This document shows positions 29,551-38,687 of a stretch of 64,000 nucleotides of DNA, in pieces. A program made the translations under genes and the position numbers. Location of the stretch: contig ONKE01000050.1 of NCBI GenBank assembly GCA_900318355.1, positions 19,701 to 83,700 on the forward strand. The letters are read 5' to 3'. The DNA is from an uncultured Bacteroidales bacterium (GTDB lineage Bacteria > Bacteroidota > Bacteroidia > Bacteroidales > UBA932). The notes under the pieces are model-generated. The model made no database searches. It was not told where the DNA came from and saw nothing but the letters and a program-made list of their open reading frames with translations. Every line of letters begins with the position of its first letter. The first letter of the stretch is position 1.

Positions 29551-30339
29551 TCACAGCACAAGCATCGGAGACGGCTCCCTGCGCGACAATGCGCGGAGAT
29601 GGACCGTGCCCTGCTCCACCCCAAGGTCGCTAAGGGCCTTGGCAGCACTGTCGAAGGCCAGCTTGGGAGTGTTGTTGTTGTCGCTGAGGTGGCAGAGGAA
29701 TATATTTCTCAGGCCGGGGTGCCAGAACGAGCGTATGGCATCAGCGCATTCGTCGTTGCTCAGGTGGCCATTGCCCTGGCAGATACGCATTTTCAGGTCG
29801 TGGGGATACGGACCGCCCATAAGCATGTCGACGTCGTAATTCGACTCGATGACCACGGTATCGGCCTGACGGGCCCATGAGAGAGCCTCGGGAGTCATCC
29901 GCCCGATGTCGGTCATGATGACGAAGCGATGGCCGGCGGCGGCAATGGCGTAGCCGACTGTCTGAGTGGCGTCGTGCGGCACTTCGAAATAGCGCACCTT
30001 AAAGCCGCCGATTTCGTTCCACGCATCGGCTTTCAAATCGGCCCTGCAGGCCTTGATATGCTCCGATTGCATCGCCCACGAATTCACAAACAGATAAGGA
30101 GTTGCATACACTCTCTTACATAAACGCTTGCAGTAGGAACCAAGGTTCCTGATGTGGTCCATATGGTCGTGGGTGACGAGAATCGACGAGAAAGAATCAT
30201 AGCCAAGACCGCTCTCTCCCAGCACCTTCTTTAGGGCCCTAAGGCTTACGCCCGCATCGATGAGCAGCCCCTCTCCGTCGGCCTCCAGGTAATAGCAGTT
30301 GCCGCTGCTGCCCGACAACAGGCTTTGCATCCTCATCAT
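29551..30339 (-). CDS. MBL-fold metallo-hydrolase
   Basis: HxHxDH motif (LVTHDHMDHIRN). The start is placed at the ATG overlapping the TPR gene stop (ATGATGA context). ATGs at 30336 and 30330 are alternatives. Confidence 0.8.
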   Translation of the reverse strand: MMRMQSLLSGSSGNCYYLEADGEGLLIDAGVSLRALKKVLGESGLGYDSFSSILVTHDHMDHIRNLGSYCKRLCKRVYATPYLFVNSWAMQSEHIKACRADLKADAWNEIGGFKVRYFEVPHDATQTVGYAIAAAGHRFVIMTDIGRMTPEALSWARQADTVVIESNYDVDMLMGGPYPHDLKMRICQGNGHLSNDECADAIRSFWHPGLRNIFLCHLSDNNNTPKLAFDSAAKALSDLGVEQGTVHLRALSRREPSPMLVL

Positions 30340-32357
30340 TGCACCGGCTCCTCCTCGCAATAGCGTTTGATCACCCCATAGGCATCGGCAACTCCCAGCT
30401 CGCCGGCGTGAGAGAGGTCGATGCAGCCTTTTTCCTTGTCTTTGAGATAGATCAGAACGAGACCGCGGTTGTAGTAGGCGTCTCCCATGTAGGGATAGAG
30501 TTCAATGGCCCGGGAATAGCTGTCTATCGCCTCTACCAACTTGGAAGACAGGCAGTAGAGGTTGCCCAGGTTAAACTGTATGTAAGGTATGTCGCCTACG
30601 GCCATCGCCGCGGCCATCATGTCGTTCAGCGCCTCGGAGTAGTCGTATGAACGGGTGACTTGGTCCTTGACCCTGGCGCGGGCGGTACCGGCATCGTCCA
30701 TGCTGAGAGTCTGGACGTTGGTCTCGATAGAGGCGATGAAATCGATCATTTCCGCCCGCAGGACTCCCCTGTTCATCAGGTAGAAGGCCTGGTAGAACTG
30801 CTCGTATTTGTCGGACTGGAGCGCCTCAGCAGCCTTGTCGTAATAGGTCAGGGCCGAATTATACTGGCGTCCGGATATCTCCCAGAGACCGCGGAGGAAA
30901 TTCATCTGCGCCTCCGACACCTTCGACTGGGCGTCGCCGCTGCCGAAAAGGACAGCCTCGTAACTCTCCGGAACATGCGAGAGCGTGTCGCTGTTGGAAA
31001 TCACGACGGGAACAGGCGACGAGGCTGCAAAACGGTCGATGAGCGAGTTGTCGTAGCGGTTGCGCAGGGCATAGGCCTGCTCGCGGGGAACGCTGCTCAG
31101 GACGAACTTGTACATAGGCCGCAGGCGGATGTCGACGTCGCGGTGCTGGAGCAGTTCGTCGTCGAAATCCTTCTTGGCGAAATCTGCATCCAATGCAATG
31201 AGGCTGTTGTATTTACGTGTCGTATCGGCAAACGATGCGCCTCCGGAAGATGCCGTCCTGTATTCCTGTACCTTCTGACGGGCGGTATCGTAGTCGCGTC
31301 CGGCCTGGCGGCGCCGACCAAGGCGCGTAAGTGCATAGGACCGGGCCATATAGGCCTTGGCAAAATCGGGATACAACTCGATGGCACGGTCCAGGTCTTC
31401 GACCGCGTCTTCCCAGCGCTCCATCTGGATGAAATAAGAAGCGCGGTTGTAGTAGGCCAGGACGTTGCGGGGATTGATGCCGATGACCCTGTCCATATCG
31501 GACAACGCCTCCTCGAAATTGCCCAGCTGGGCATGGATGAGGCTGCGGTTGTAGAGAGTCAGCGCATTGCCCGGTTCTTCCTTCAGGACGCAGTCCAAAT
31601 CGCTCATCGCTCCGTTGTAGTCTTTGTCTTCATAGCGCATCAAGGCGCGGTTGAAATGGGCGAAAGCACTTGTTGAATCGAGACTTATGGCGTAGTCGAG
31701 ATCTTCCAGCGCCCGACCCGTTTCGCCCATGGAGAACAGCAGCCTTCCACGGCGGATATAGCCTTCCGGCTCGAAACGGTCGAGCGAAATGGCCTTGTCG
31801 TAGTCGGCCATGGCCTTGGTGGTGTCGGCAAGGAAAAGATAGCTTGCGCCGCGGTTGAGATAGGCCGAGGGGTCCTTCGGCTCCTTGCGGATGTAGCGGT
31901 TGAAGTCGGCGACAGCCTTGTCGAACTGCTGGGAAAGAAAGTAGGTGACGCCGCGGGAAAAATAGAGGCCGTTAAGCCCCGGTCGGAGCGAAATCGCGGT
32001 CTGGAGGTCTTCCAGGGCCTTGTCATAGTCGCCGAAACGGCTCTCGGTGATGGCTTTGTAGTGGTAGGCCGAGGTGTAGACCGGATTGAGCCGGACCGCC
32101 CTTGTGAAGTCGCGCCTCGCCCCGCGGATGTCGCCCAGATTGTATTTGGCAACGCCGCGAAAGAAGAAGGCTTTGTAGTCGGTGGTGTCCAGACGCGTCA
32201 GGATATTGAGGTCTTCGATGGATCGGGCGTATTTGCCGTCGGAGAGCGACTGGATGCCGCGATACAGGAAAGCATCCTTGTCGTACTGAGCCCCGGCGGA
32301 AAATGCGGCCAGGACCCAGATCAGCAGAGAAAGCAGGTATTTGCCCGAAAATTTCAA
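30336..32357 (-). CDS. secreted tetratricopeptide-repeat (TPR) protein
   Basis: Many TPR units (A..YNRG......A..D...AI.L.P). Start proposed at the in-frame TTG at 32357, giving (M)KFSGKYLLSLLIWVLAAFSAGAQ (signal peptide). The longer track ORF would overlap the divergent promoter and gene. Confidence 0.8.
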   Translation of the reverse strand: MKFSGKYLLSLLIWVLAAFSAGAQYDKDAFLYRGIQSLSDGKYARSIEDLNILTRLDTTDYKAFFFRGVAKYNLGDIRGARRDFTRAVRLNPVYTSAYHYKAITESRFGDYDKALEDLQTAISLRPGLNGLYFSRGVTYFLSQQFDKAVADFNRYIRKEPKDPSAYLNRGASYLFLADTTKAMADYDKAISLDRFEPEGYIRRGRLLFSMGETGRALEDLDYAISLDSTSAFAHFNRALMRYEDKDYNGAMSDLDCVLKEEPGNALTLYNRSLIHAQLGNFEEALSDMDRVIGINPRNVLAYYNRASYFIQMERWEDAVEDLDRAIELYPDFAKAYMARSYALTRLGRRRQAGRDYDTARQKVQEYRTASSGGASFADTTRKYNSLIALDADFAKKDFDDELLQHRDVDIRLRPMYKFVLSSVPREQAYALRNRYDNSLIDRFAASSPVPVVISNSDTLSHVPESYEAVLFGSGDAQSKVSEAQMNFLRGLWEISGRQYNSALTYYDKAAEALQSDKYEQFYQAFYLMNRGVLRAEMIDFIASIETNVQTLSMDDAGTARARVKDQVTRSYDYSEALNDMMAAAMAVGDIPYIQFNLGNLYCLSSKLVEAIDSYSRAIELYPYMGDAYYNRGLVLIYLKDKEKGCIDLSHAGELGVADAYGVIKRYCEEEPVQ

Positions 32358-32375
32358 GCTTACGAGATTTATTGC

Positions 32376-32383
32376 TAACTTTG
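32376..32383 (+). promoter_or_regulatory. putative -7 promoter box TAACTTTG for the M28 peptidase gene
   Basis: Exact TAnnTTTG match 27 nt upstream of the GTG at 32411. Confidence 0.45.
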
Positions 32384-32393
32384 TATATTCTTG

Positions 32394-32401
32394 CAAAGAT
32401 A
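32394..32401 (-). promoter_or_regulatory. putative -7 promoter box (TATCTTTG on the minus strand) for the TPR/MBL operon
   Basis: Exact TAnnTTTG match 36 nt upstream of the TTG at 32357. It lies back-to-back with the plus-strand box 10 nt away. Confidence 0.45.
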
Positions 32402-32410
32402 ACCATAATT

Positions 32411-33430
32411 GTGCCCAAACGTTTGAAAACGGTAAAAAAAATCTTTCTGGCGGTTGTTTTCGCCCTGGCCGCAAGCCTTTCCGCGAGCGGACGCGTCGTC
32501 AAGGTCGTCGGAAGTGAAATAACCCACTCGGCAGTCAGTGAGGACAAGTTGCGCCGGCAGGTGGAATTCCTCTCTGACAGCCTGTGCGACGGCCGCGCCA
32601 TAGGCACAAAAGGTTCCTGCGAGGCTGCATTCTGGATCATGCGGCATTTCTCCAGGCTCGGTTTCCTGCCCACAGGCGGGACTTTCAACCACAGCTTCAT
32701 CGCCCCCGGAGGCCAGATCGGACGCAACATCTGCGGCATTCTCCCCGGCAGCGGGCGCTCTGGAAAGCACTCCTACATCCTCGTCACGGCCCATTACGAC
32801 GGCCTCGGCACCCTGGACGGACGCCTCTTCCCCGGGGCCGACAGCAACGCTTCCGGAGTTGTGGCCATGCTCGGAGTCGCCGACATGCTCCGCAGCATGA
32901 ACCGCTTCGGCAAAATCTACGGACGCAGCATCCTTTTCGTCGCCCTCGACGGCAAAAACGCCGGCATGTCCGGATCGTCCTACCTCTGGCGCATGCTCAG
33001 CCGCGGCGACATGACCGACCCGCGCAACGGCCAGCCGATAACGGCCTCCGACATATCCCTGATGGTGAATATCGACCAGATCGGAAGCTCCATGAGCCCC
33101 ATAAACCCCAAGCGGAAAGACTACCTTATCCAACTCTCCGACGGTCCGGCCGACTTCCATCGCGGAGCCCTGCGCCAGGCAAACGAGAAATACGGCACCG
33201 GTCTCGACCTCTGCTTCGACTACTACGGCAGCCCCGATTTCACCCGATTGTTCTACCGCCGCGTCAGCGACCAGAAAATATTCCTGGAAAACGGCATTCC
33301 TGCGGTAATGTTCACCTCCGGGATCACCATGAACAACAACAAGCCGGCCGACACGGCGGCTTCCCTGGATTATTCCGTATTCAAAAAGCGAATCTGGCTG
33401 ATTTTCCATTGGCTGGAACGCATAATTTAG
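32411..33430 (+). CDS. M28 family metallopeptidase
   Basis: GTG start gives (M)PKRLKTVKKIFLAVVFALAASLSASG (signal). Motif VTAHYDGLG...GADSNASGVVAMLGVA is typical of M28 aminopeptidases. Confidence 0.8.
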   Translation: MPKRLKTVKKIFLAVVFALAASLSASGRVVKVVGSEITHSAVSEDKLRRQVEFLSDSLCDGRAIGTKGSCEAAFWIMRHFSRLGFLPTGGTFNHSFIAPGGQIGRNICGILPGSGRSGKHSYILVTAHYDGLGTLDGRLFPGADSNASGVVAMLGVADMLRSMNRFGKIYGRSILFVALDGKNAGMSGSSYLWRMLSRGDMTDPRNGQPITASDISLMVNIDQIGSSMSPINPKRKDYLIQLSDGPADFHRGALRQANEKYGTGLDLCFDYYGSPDFTRLFYRRVSDQKIFLENGIPAVMFTSGITMNNNKPADTAASLDYSVFKKRIWLIFHWLERII

Positions 33431-33431
33431 C

Positions 33432-33439
33432 TATATTTG
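33432..33439 (+). promoter_or_regulatory. putative -7 promoter box TATATTTG for the ABC exporter operon
   Basis: Exact TAnnTTTG match. The ATG at 33446 lies only 6 nt after the box. Confidence 0.45.
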
Positions 33440-33445
33440 CCACTT

Positions 33446-35281
33446 ATGAAACAATTCTGGCAAGTACTGAGGCGCTACGTCTCCCCATACAACGGCTATC
33501 TGGCCGGATCCGTCGTCCTGAACATTCTGTCGGCGGTTTTCAACATCTTTTCCTTCGCCCTGATCATCCCCGTCCTCCAGATACTCTTCAAGATCAACCA
33601 GACCGTCTATTCCTTCATTCCCTGGGATACGGCCGGCGTCGGCTTCAAGGACAAACTGACCAACAACGCCTATTACTGGGTCACGCAGATGATGGAATCG
33701 GCCGGAGCCTCCAACACCCTCCTGCTGCTCTGCCTTTTCCTGGTAGTGCTGACATTCATCAAGACCGCGTGCTATTTCGGCTCCTCGGCCGTCATGATCC
33801 CGATCCGCACGGGAGTTGTCCGCGACATCCGCACGCAGATCTACGACAAGCTGCTGGGCCTTCCCCTGGGCTATTTCTCCCAGGAGCGCAAGGGCGACAT
33901 CATAGCCCGTATGAGCGGCGATGTCGGTGAGGTTGAAAACTCCATCATGAGCACGCTGGACATGCTCATCAAAAACCCTATCCTCATCCTGTTCTACTTC
34001 GGGACCATGCTGTTCATCAGCTGGCAGCTGACCCTGTTTACGATCATAGTGGTACCGGCGCTGGGATGGATCATGGGAGTCATCGGCCGCACCCTGAAAA
34101 AGCAATCGCTTGAAGTCCAGAGTCTTTGGAGCGACACCATGTCCCAGGTCGAAGAGACGCTGGGCGGACTTCGCGTGGTCAAGGCCTTCGTCGCCGAAGA
34201 CAAGATGTCGTCGCGCTTTGCCGACACCACCGACAGGCTCCGCCGCAAATCAGGCAGAGTCTCCACCCGCCAGGCTCTCGCCCACCCCGTGAGCGAATTC
34301 CTCGGCACTGCCCTCATCGCCATTGTCCTCTGGTTCGGAGGCACCTTGATCCTCGACTCCAGGGCACCCATCGACGCCTCGACCTTCATCTACTACATGG
34401 TGATCCTCTACAGCATCATCAACCCTCTGAAGGATTTCGCCCGCGCAAGCTACGGCATTCCCAAGGGTCTCGCCTCTATGGAGAGAATCGACAAGATCCT
34501 GCAGGCGCCCGACACCATCACCGACGCTCCCGACGCCGAGGCCGTAACCGGGTTCAACGACGAGATTGTCTTCGACCATGTCGACTTCCACTACGAAGAA
34601 GGGAAGCCCATCCTCAAGGACGTCAGCCTTAACATCAAAAAAGGCCGCACGATAGCCATAGTGGGCGAATCGGGCGCCGGAAAGTCCACCCTCGCCGACA
34701 TGATTCCGCGCTTCTATGACGTAACGGGCGGCCGCATCCTCATCGACGGCAAGGACATCCGCTCGCTGACCAAATCCAGCCTGCGCAGCATGACCGGCTA
34801 CGTCAACCAGGAGCCTATCCTGTTCAACGACACGATTTTCAACAACATAGCCTTCGGAGTGCAAGGCGCGACGATGGATCAGGTCGTGGAAGCCGCCAAA
34901 ATCGCCAACGCCCACGACTTCATCATGGAAAAGGAAGAAGGCTACCAGACCAACATCGGCGACCGCGGCATGAAGCTCTCCGGCGGCCAGCGCCAGCGCA
35001 TTTCCATAGCCCGCGCCATACTGAAAAACCCTCCCATCCTGATTCTCGACGAGGCCACGGCATCCCTCGACACCGAGTCCGAGCGCCTGGTCCAGGAAGC
35101 CCTTGACCGCCTGATGTCGACAAGGACGACCATCGCGATTGCCCACCGCCTCTCCACGATCAAGAATTCCGACGAGATCGTGGTCATGAAAGACGGTGAG
35201 ATAGTCGAGCGCGGCACACATGAGACCCTTCTTGAGAAGAAGGGTTACTACAAGAAACTCAACGACATGCAAAGCCTATGA
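33446..35281 (+). CDS. ABC transporter permease/ATP-binding protein (MsbA-like exporter)
   Basis: Six-TM exporter domain. Walker A GESGAGKST, signature LSGGQRQR, Walker B ILILDEATA. The ATG (MKQFWQ) is preferred over the track's upstream TTG, which lies inside the promoter box. Confidence 0.9.
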   Translation: MKQFWQVLRRYVSPYNGYLAGSVVLNILSAVFNIFSFALIIPVLQILFKINQTVYSFIPWDTAGVGFKDKLTNNAYYWVTQMMESAGASNTLLLLCLFLVVLTFIKTACYFGSSAVMIPIRTGVVRDIRTQIYDKLLGLPLGYFSQERKGDIIARMSGDVGEVENSIMSTLDMLIKNPILILFYFGTMLFISWQLTLFTIIVVPALGWIMGVIGRTLKKQSLEVQSLWSDTMSQVEETLGGLRVVKAFVAEDKMSSRFADTTDRLRRKSGRVSTRQALAHPVSEFLGTALIAIVLWFGGTLILDSRAPIDASTFIYYMVILYSIINPLKDFARASYGIPKGLASMERIDKILQAPDTITDAPDAEAVTGFNDEIVFDHVDFHYEEGKPILKDVSLNIKKGRTIAIVGESGAGKSTLADMIPRFYDVTGGRILIDGKDIRSLTKSSLRSMTGYVNQEPILFNDTIFNNIAFGVQGATMDQVVEAAKIANAHDFIMEKEEGYQTNIGDRGMKLSGGQRQRISIARAILKNPPILILDEATASLDTESERLVQEALDRLMSTRTTIAIAHRLSTIKNSDEIVVMKDGEIVERGTHETLLEKKGYYKKLNDMQSL

Positions 35282-35700
35282 TTCGCAAATCATCCAAGAC
35301 GGCAATCGTTTTCCGCATCCTGCTTGCCGTCTATCTCGCAGCGGTCCTCTACCTTTGCTTCGGTCATTTCGAGCACCTGCCCAAGATTTCGAAGACGTTC
35401 CTCGGCTTCGAAACCGACAAAGTTGTTCATTTTCTGATGTTTCTGCCATTTCCCCTGCTGGCCTTCCTGGCCTTTGGCAAGGAAAGGACGCAAAAGCCGT
35501 GGCATTCCCTGCTGATGACCGTCGCCCTGTTCGCCATCGGGGCGATAATGGCCGTCGCCACGGAAATCGGGCAGTCCTACACCGCCTACCGCAGCAGCGA
35601 TCCCTTCGACCTCAGGGCCGACCTGATCGCCCTTACCATCAGTTCCATAGTAGTCCTGATTATAGATCTATCCAAACAATTCCGCAAGCAGTTATCATGA
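35278..35700 (+). CDS. VanZ-like family membrane protein
   Basis: 140 aa with four hydrophobic helices and the DKVVHFLMF motif typical of VanZ-like proteins. ATGA overlap with the ABC gene stop. Confidence 0.7.
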   Translation: MIRKSSKTAIVFRILLAVYLAAVLYLCFGHFEHLPKISKTFLGFETDKVVHFLMFLPFPLLAFLAFGKERTQKPWHSLLMTVALFAIGAIMAVATEIGQSYTAYRSSDPFDLRADLIALTISSIVVLIIDLSKQFRKQLS

Positions 35701-38687
35701 AAAGGGTTATCTGCCTCCTGTCAATCCTGATTTCGTGCGGAGCCATGGCCCAGTCCCGTTACGTCCGGGATTTCAAGCCGGCAATGGACTCCCTGTCCGT
35801 CCTGCTTAAAGAGAGGACCACGGTATCGGTCCCGTTAAAGCTTAAAAACGTGACACTTAGGGACAAGGAACTGGACCTTTACTTCACCGAGCAGATGATG
35901 GATTTCCCATGGCGGAAAAACGACGTGGAATGGTTCCGCAGGCAGATTGAAAACCTGTTCCCGGAGAGCGTGAAAAAATACGAGCTCGGCCGCATTTTCT
36001 CCAGCGGAGTGGCCCTGGAAGAGCTTCCGATGCCGCTTCTCGGCTCCGACGGCCGGCCCGTAAAATCGGAATTCGCACGCAAGGACCCCAAGGGCCCGAG
36101 GCTTGTCAAGCGCGTCGGCGAGATCAAATATCCCAAGGGTATGACAGGGCGCCACATAGCCCTATGGCAGAGTCACGGACGGTACTACGAACAGGCATCT
36201 TCCCGCTGGCAGTGGCAGCGCTCTCAGAACTTCCTCACCAGCGAAGACATGTTCACGCAGAGTTTCGTGCTCCCCTTCCTCATCCCGATGCTGGAAAATG
36301 CCGGAGCCGTGGTCATGACCCCGCGCGAAAGGGACACGCAGCGCAACGAATCCGTCTGCGACAACGACCCCGCCTTCGAAGACGAAAGGGGCGAAGGAGT
36401 CCGCACCAAGGGTTCCTATTCCGAGACCGGAGCATGGAAAGACGCTGGCACCGGATTTGCCGACCCCATGCCAACCTACAGCTGGCTGCAGAACCCCTTC
36501 ACGATGGGAACGGCCCGGCAGGCCGAATGTTCCCGCAAAGCCACGGCTCGCGCCACATGGACGGCCGACATCCCCGAAGCCGGCGAATATGCCGTCTACG
36601 TGGCCTACAAGACGCTTCCCAAGAGCACCGACGCCGCCCGATACACCGTCCACCACCGCGGCGGCACCTCCAAATTCGTCGTCAACCAGAGGATGGGCGG
36701 CGGCACATGGATTTATCTTGGCACATTCCCCTTCGACGCAGGCAACAGCGGCAGCGTAACCCTCGACAACGGCCTTCCGCAGGATGCGACCTTCAAGGAA
36801 GGAAGCGTCGTGACGGCTGATGGCGTAAGGTTCGGCGGCGGCATGGGCAAGGTCGTCCGCGGCGAGGAAGAAGAGCTTTCCGGCATGCCCGCCTACATGG
36901 AGGGCGCGCTTTACAACATGCAGTGGTCCGGAATAGACTCCACCGTCCTCAATGCCCACACCGGCGACTACACCAACGACTACGCCTCCCGCGGCGCATG
37001 GGTCAGGAAACTCTCCGGAGGCTCATGGTCCAATCCCAAAGAGGCCGGGCTCGGCATTCCCTTCGACCTTTCCCTGGCCTTCCACACCGACGCCGGAGTA
37101 ACCCCCAACGACTCCATAATCGGCACACTGGCCATCTACACCCTCAAATGCGAAAACAGCCGCAAACTGCCCGAGGGAACCGACAGGATGATATGCCGCG
37201 AATACACCGACAGGGTCCAGAGCCAGATAGTCTCCGACCTTCGGACGAAATGGAATCCGGAGTGGTCGCGGCGCGGCACCTGGGACCGTTCCTACAGCGA
37301 AAGCCGCACCACCGGAGTGCCCGGAATGCTGCTTGAACTGCTCTCCCACCAGAATTTCGCCGACATGAAATACGGCCTCGACCCGGAGTTCCGCTTCGAC
37401 GTGGCGCGGGCCGTCTACAAGGGAATGCTCAAATTCATGAGCAGCCGCTACGGCATCTCCTACGCCGTCCAGCCCCTGCCTATACATTCGTTCGCGGCCG
37501 AAATCGCCGGCGACAAGGTTAGGCTTAGCTGGAAAGCGACCGAAGACCCGCAGGAGAAGACCGCAACGCCTAAAGGCTTCATCCTGCAGACCCGCACCGA
37601 CGACGGCTCCTTCGACGAAGGCACCGTGATAAAACCCTCGCTGAAAGACGGCCGCTACACCTTCGAAACGGAGCTTCCCGCCTGGCACGTGGTCTCCTAC
37701 CGAATCATAGCCTACAACGACGGCGGATGCAGTTTTCCCTCGGAAGTGCTCGCCGCAGGACGCGGGAATGAAAAGACCGTGCTGGTGGTCAACAACTTCA
37801 CCAGACTTTCCGCACCAGCATGGTTCGACACCCCCGATTTCGCCGGATTCGACAGGAAGACCGACGCCGGAGTATCCTACATCAAAGATATAACTTACAT
37901 CGGCGAACAATTTGACTACCACCGCACTTCGCCGTGGAAAAACAATTTCAACGGAGGCTTCGGCGGCAGCTATGACGACGAGGCGGGACTTCAATCCGCC
38001 GGCAACACTTTCGACTTCGTGGCATCTCACGGCCGTTCGCTGCTTGCCGCAGGCTACAGCTTCATTTCCGCCTCGGAAGAGGCCTTCGAGCAAGGCGTCG
38101 GAACCGGTGACGCATGGGCCATGGACCTGATTTGCGGCAAGCAACTCTCCACGCCCACGGGCCACGGGGCGAAAGCTCCCCGTTTCAGGGTGTTCCCCGA
38201 CTCGCTGCGCAGCGCCATAAGCCGGTTTACGGCCGGCGGCGGCCACGTCCTGGTGTCCGGTTCCCGCATTGCTACCGACCTTTGGGACGACATCTACCCG
38301 GTGTGTCGCGACAGCGTATATTCAGCTAAGTCTCAGGAGTTTGCAAGCAAAGTTCTCGGATACAAGCTGCTCACCGGCCATGCCGGACGCAGCGGCAAAG
38401 TTCGCCCGATGCGCGGACGCATCCAGGCCCTGCCCGGCACCGCAGCGTTCTACAATGCACCTAACGAGGTTTCCTACGGCGTTGAAAACGTCGATGCGCT
38501 CTCCCCTTCCGATAAGAATGCTTCAACTCTGCTGCGCTACACTGACACCAACCTTCCTGCCGCAATCACTTTTGACGCAGGAGGTTATCGGGCCGTTTCC
38601 ATCGGCTTCCCCATCGAAACACTTAAAAACAGTCCGGACCAGGACTTCCTGATCCGGACCGTAATGGAATATTTCTCAGGGAAATAA
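35697..38687 (+). CDS. large secreted protein, N-acetylmuramoyl-L-alanine-amidase-like / 'xanthan lyase'-annotated family (function uncertain)
   Basis: Start MKRVICLLSILISCGAMAQ has an ATGA overlap with the vanZ stop. 996 aa. GRHIALWQSHGRYY, LSLAFHTDAG and GMLLELLSHQN resemble Amidase_3-type motifs. The family assignment is from memory only. Confidence 0.55.
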   Translation: MKRVICLLSILISCGAMAQSRYVRDFKPAMDSLSVLLKERTTVSVPLKLKNVTLRDKELDLYFTEQMMDFPWRKNDVEWFRRQIENLFPESVKKYELGRIFSSGVALEELPMPLLGSDGRPVKSEFARKDPKGPRLVKRVGEIKYPKGMTGRHIALWQSHGRYYEQASSRWQWQRSQNFLTSEDMFTQSFVLPFLIPMLENAGAVVMTPRERDTQRNESVCDNDPAFEDERGEGVRTKGSYSETGAWKDAGTGFADPMPTYSWLQNPFTMGTARQAECSRKATARATWTADIPEAGEYAVYVAYKTLPKSTDAARYTVHHRGGTSKFVVNQRMGGGTWIYLGTFPFDAGNSGSVTLDNGLPQDATFKEGSVVTADGVRFGGGMGKVVRGEEEELSGMPAYMEGALYNMQWSGIDSTVLNAHTGDYTNDYASRGAWVRKLSGGSWSNPKEAGLGIPFDLSLAFHTDAGVTPNDSIIGTLAIYTLKCENSRKLPEGTDRMICREYTDRVQSQIVSDLRTKWNPEWSRRGTWDRSYSESRTTGVPGMLLELLSHQNFADMKYGLDPEFRFDVARAVYKGMLKFMSSRYGISYAVQPLPIHSFAAEIAGDKVRLSWKATEDPQEKTATPKGFILQTRTDDGSFDEGTVIKPSLKDGRYTFETELPAWHVVSYRIIAYNDGGCSFPSEVLAAGRGNEKTVLVVNNFTRLSAPAWFDTPDFAGFDRKTDAGVSYIKDITYIGEQFDYHRTSPWKNNFNGGFGGSYDDEAGLQSAGNTFDFVASHGRSLLAAGYSFISASEEAFEQGVGTGDAWAMDLICGKQLSTPTGHGAKAPRFRVFPDSLRSAISRFTAGGGHVLVSGSRIATDLWDDIYPVCRDSVYSAKSQEFASKVLGYKLLTGHAGRSGKVRPMRGRIQALPGTAAFYNAPNEVSYGVENVDALSPSDKNASTLLRYTDTNLPAAITFDAGGYRAVSIGFPIETLKNSPDQDFLIRTVMEYFSGK

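Noticed and set aside
37023-38246. 407-aa minus-strand ORF. Related plus-strand ORFs lie at 36164..36820 and 36923..37336.
   Set aside because: All lie antisense or out of frame within the 996-aa secreted protein gene. Their compositions are Arg/Gly/Pro-rich.
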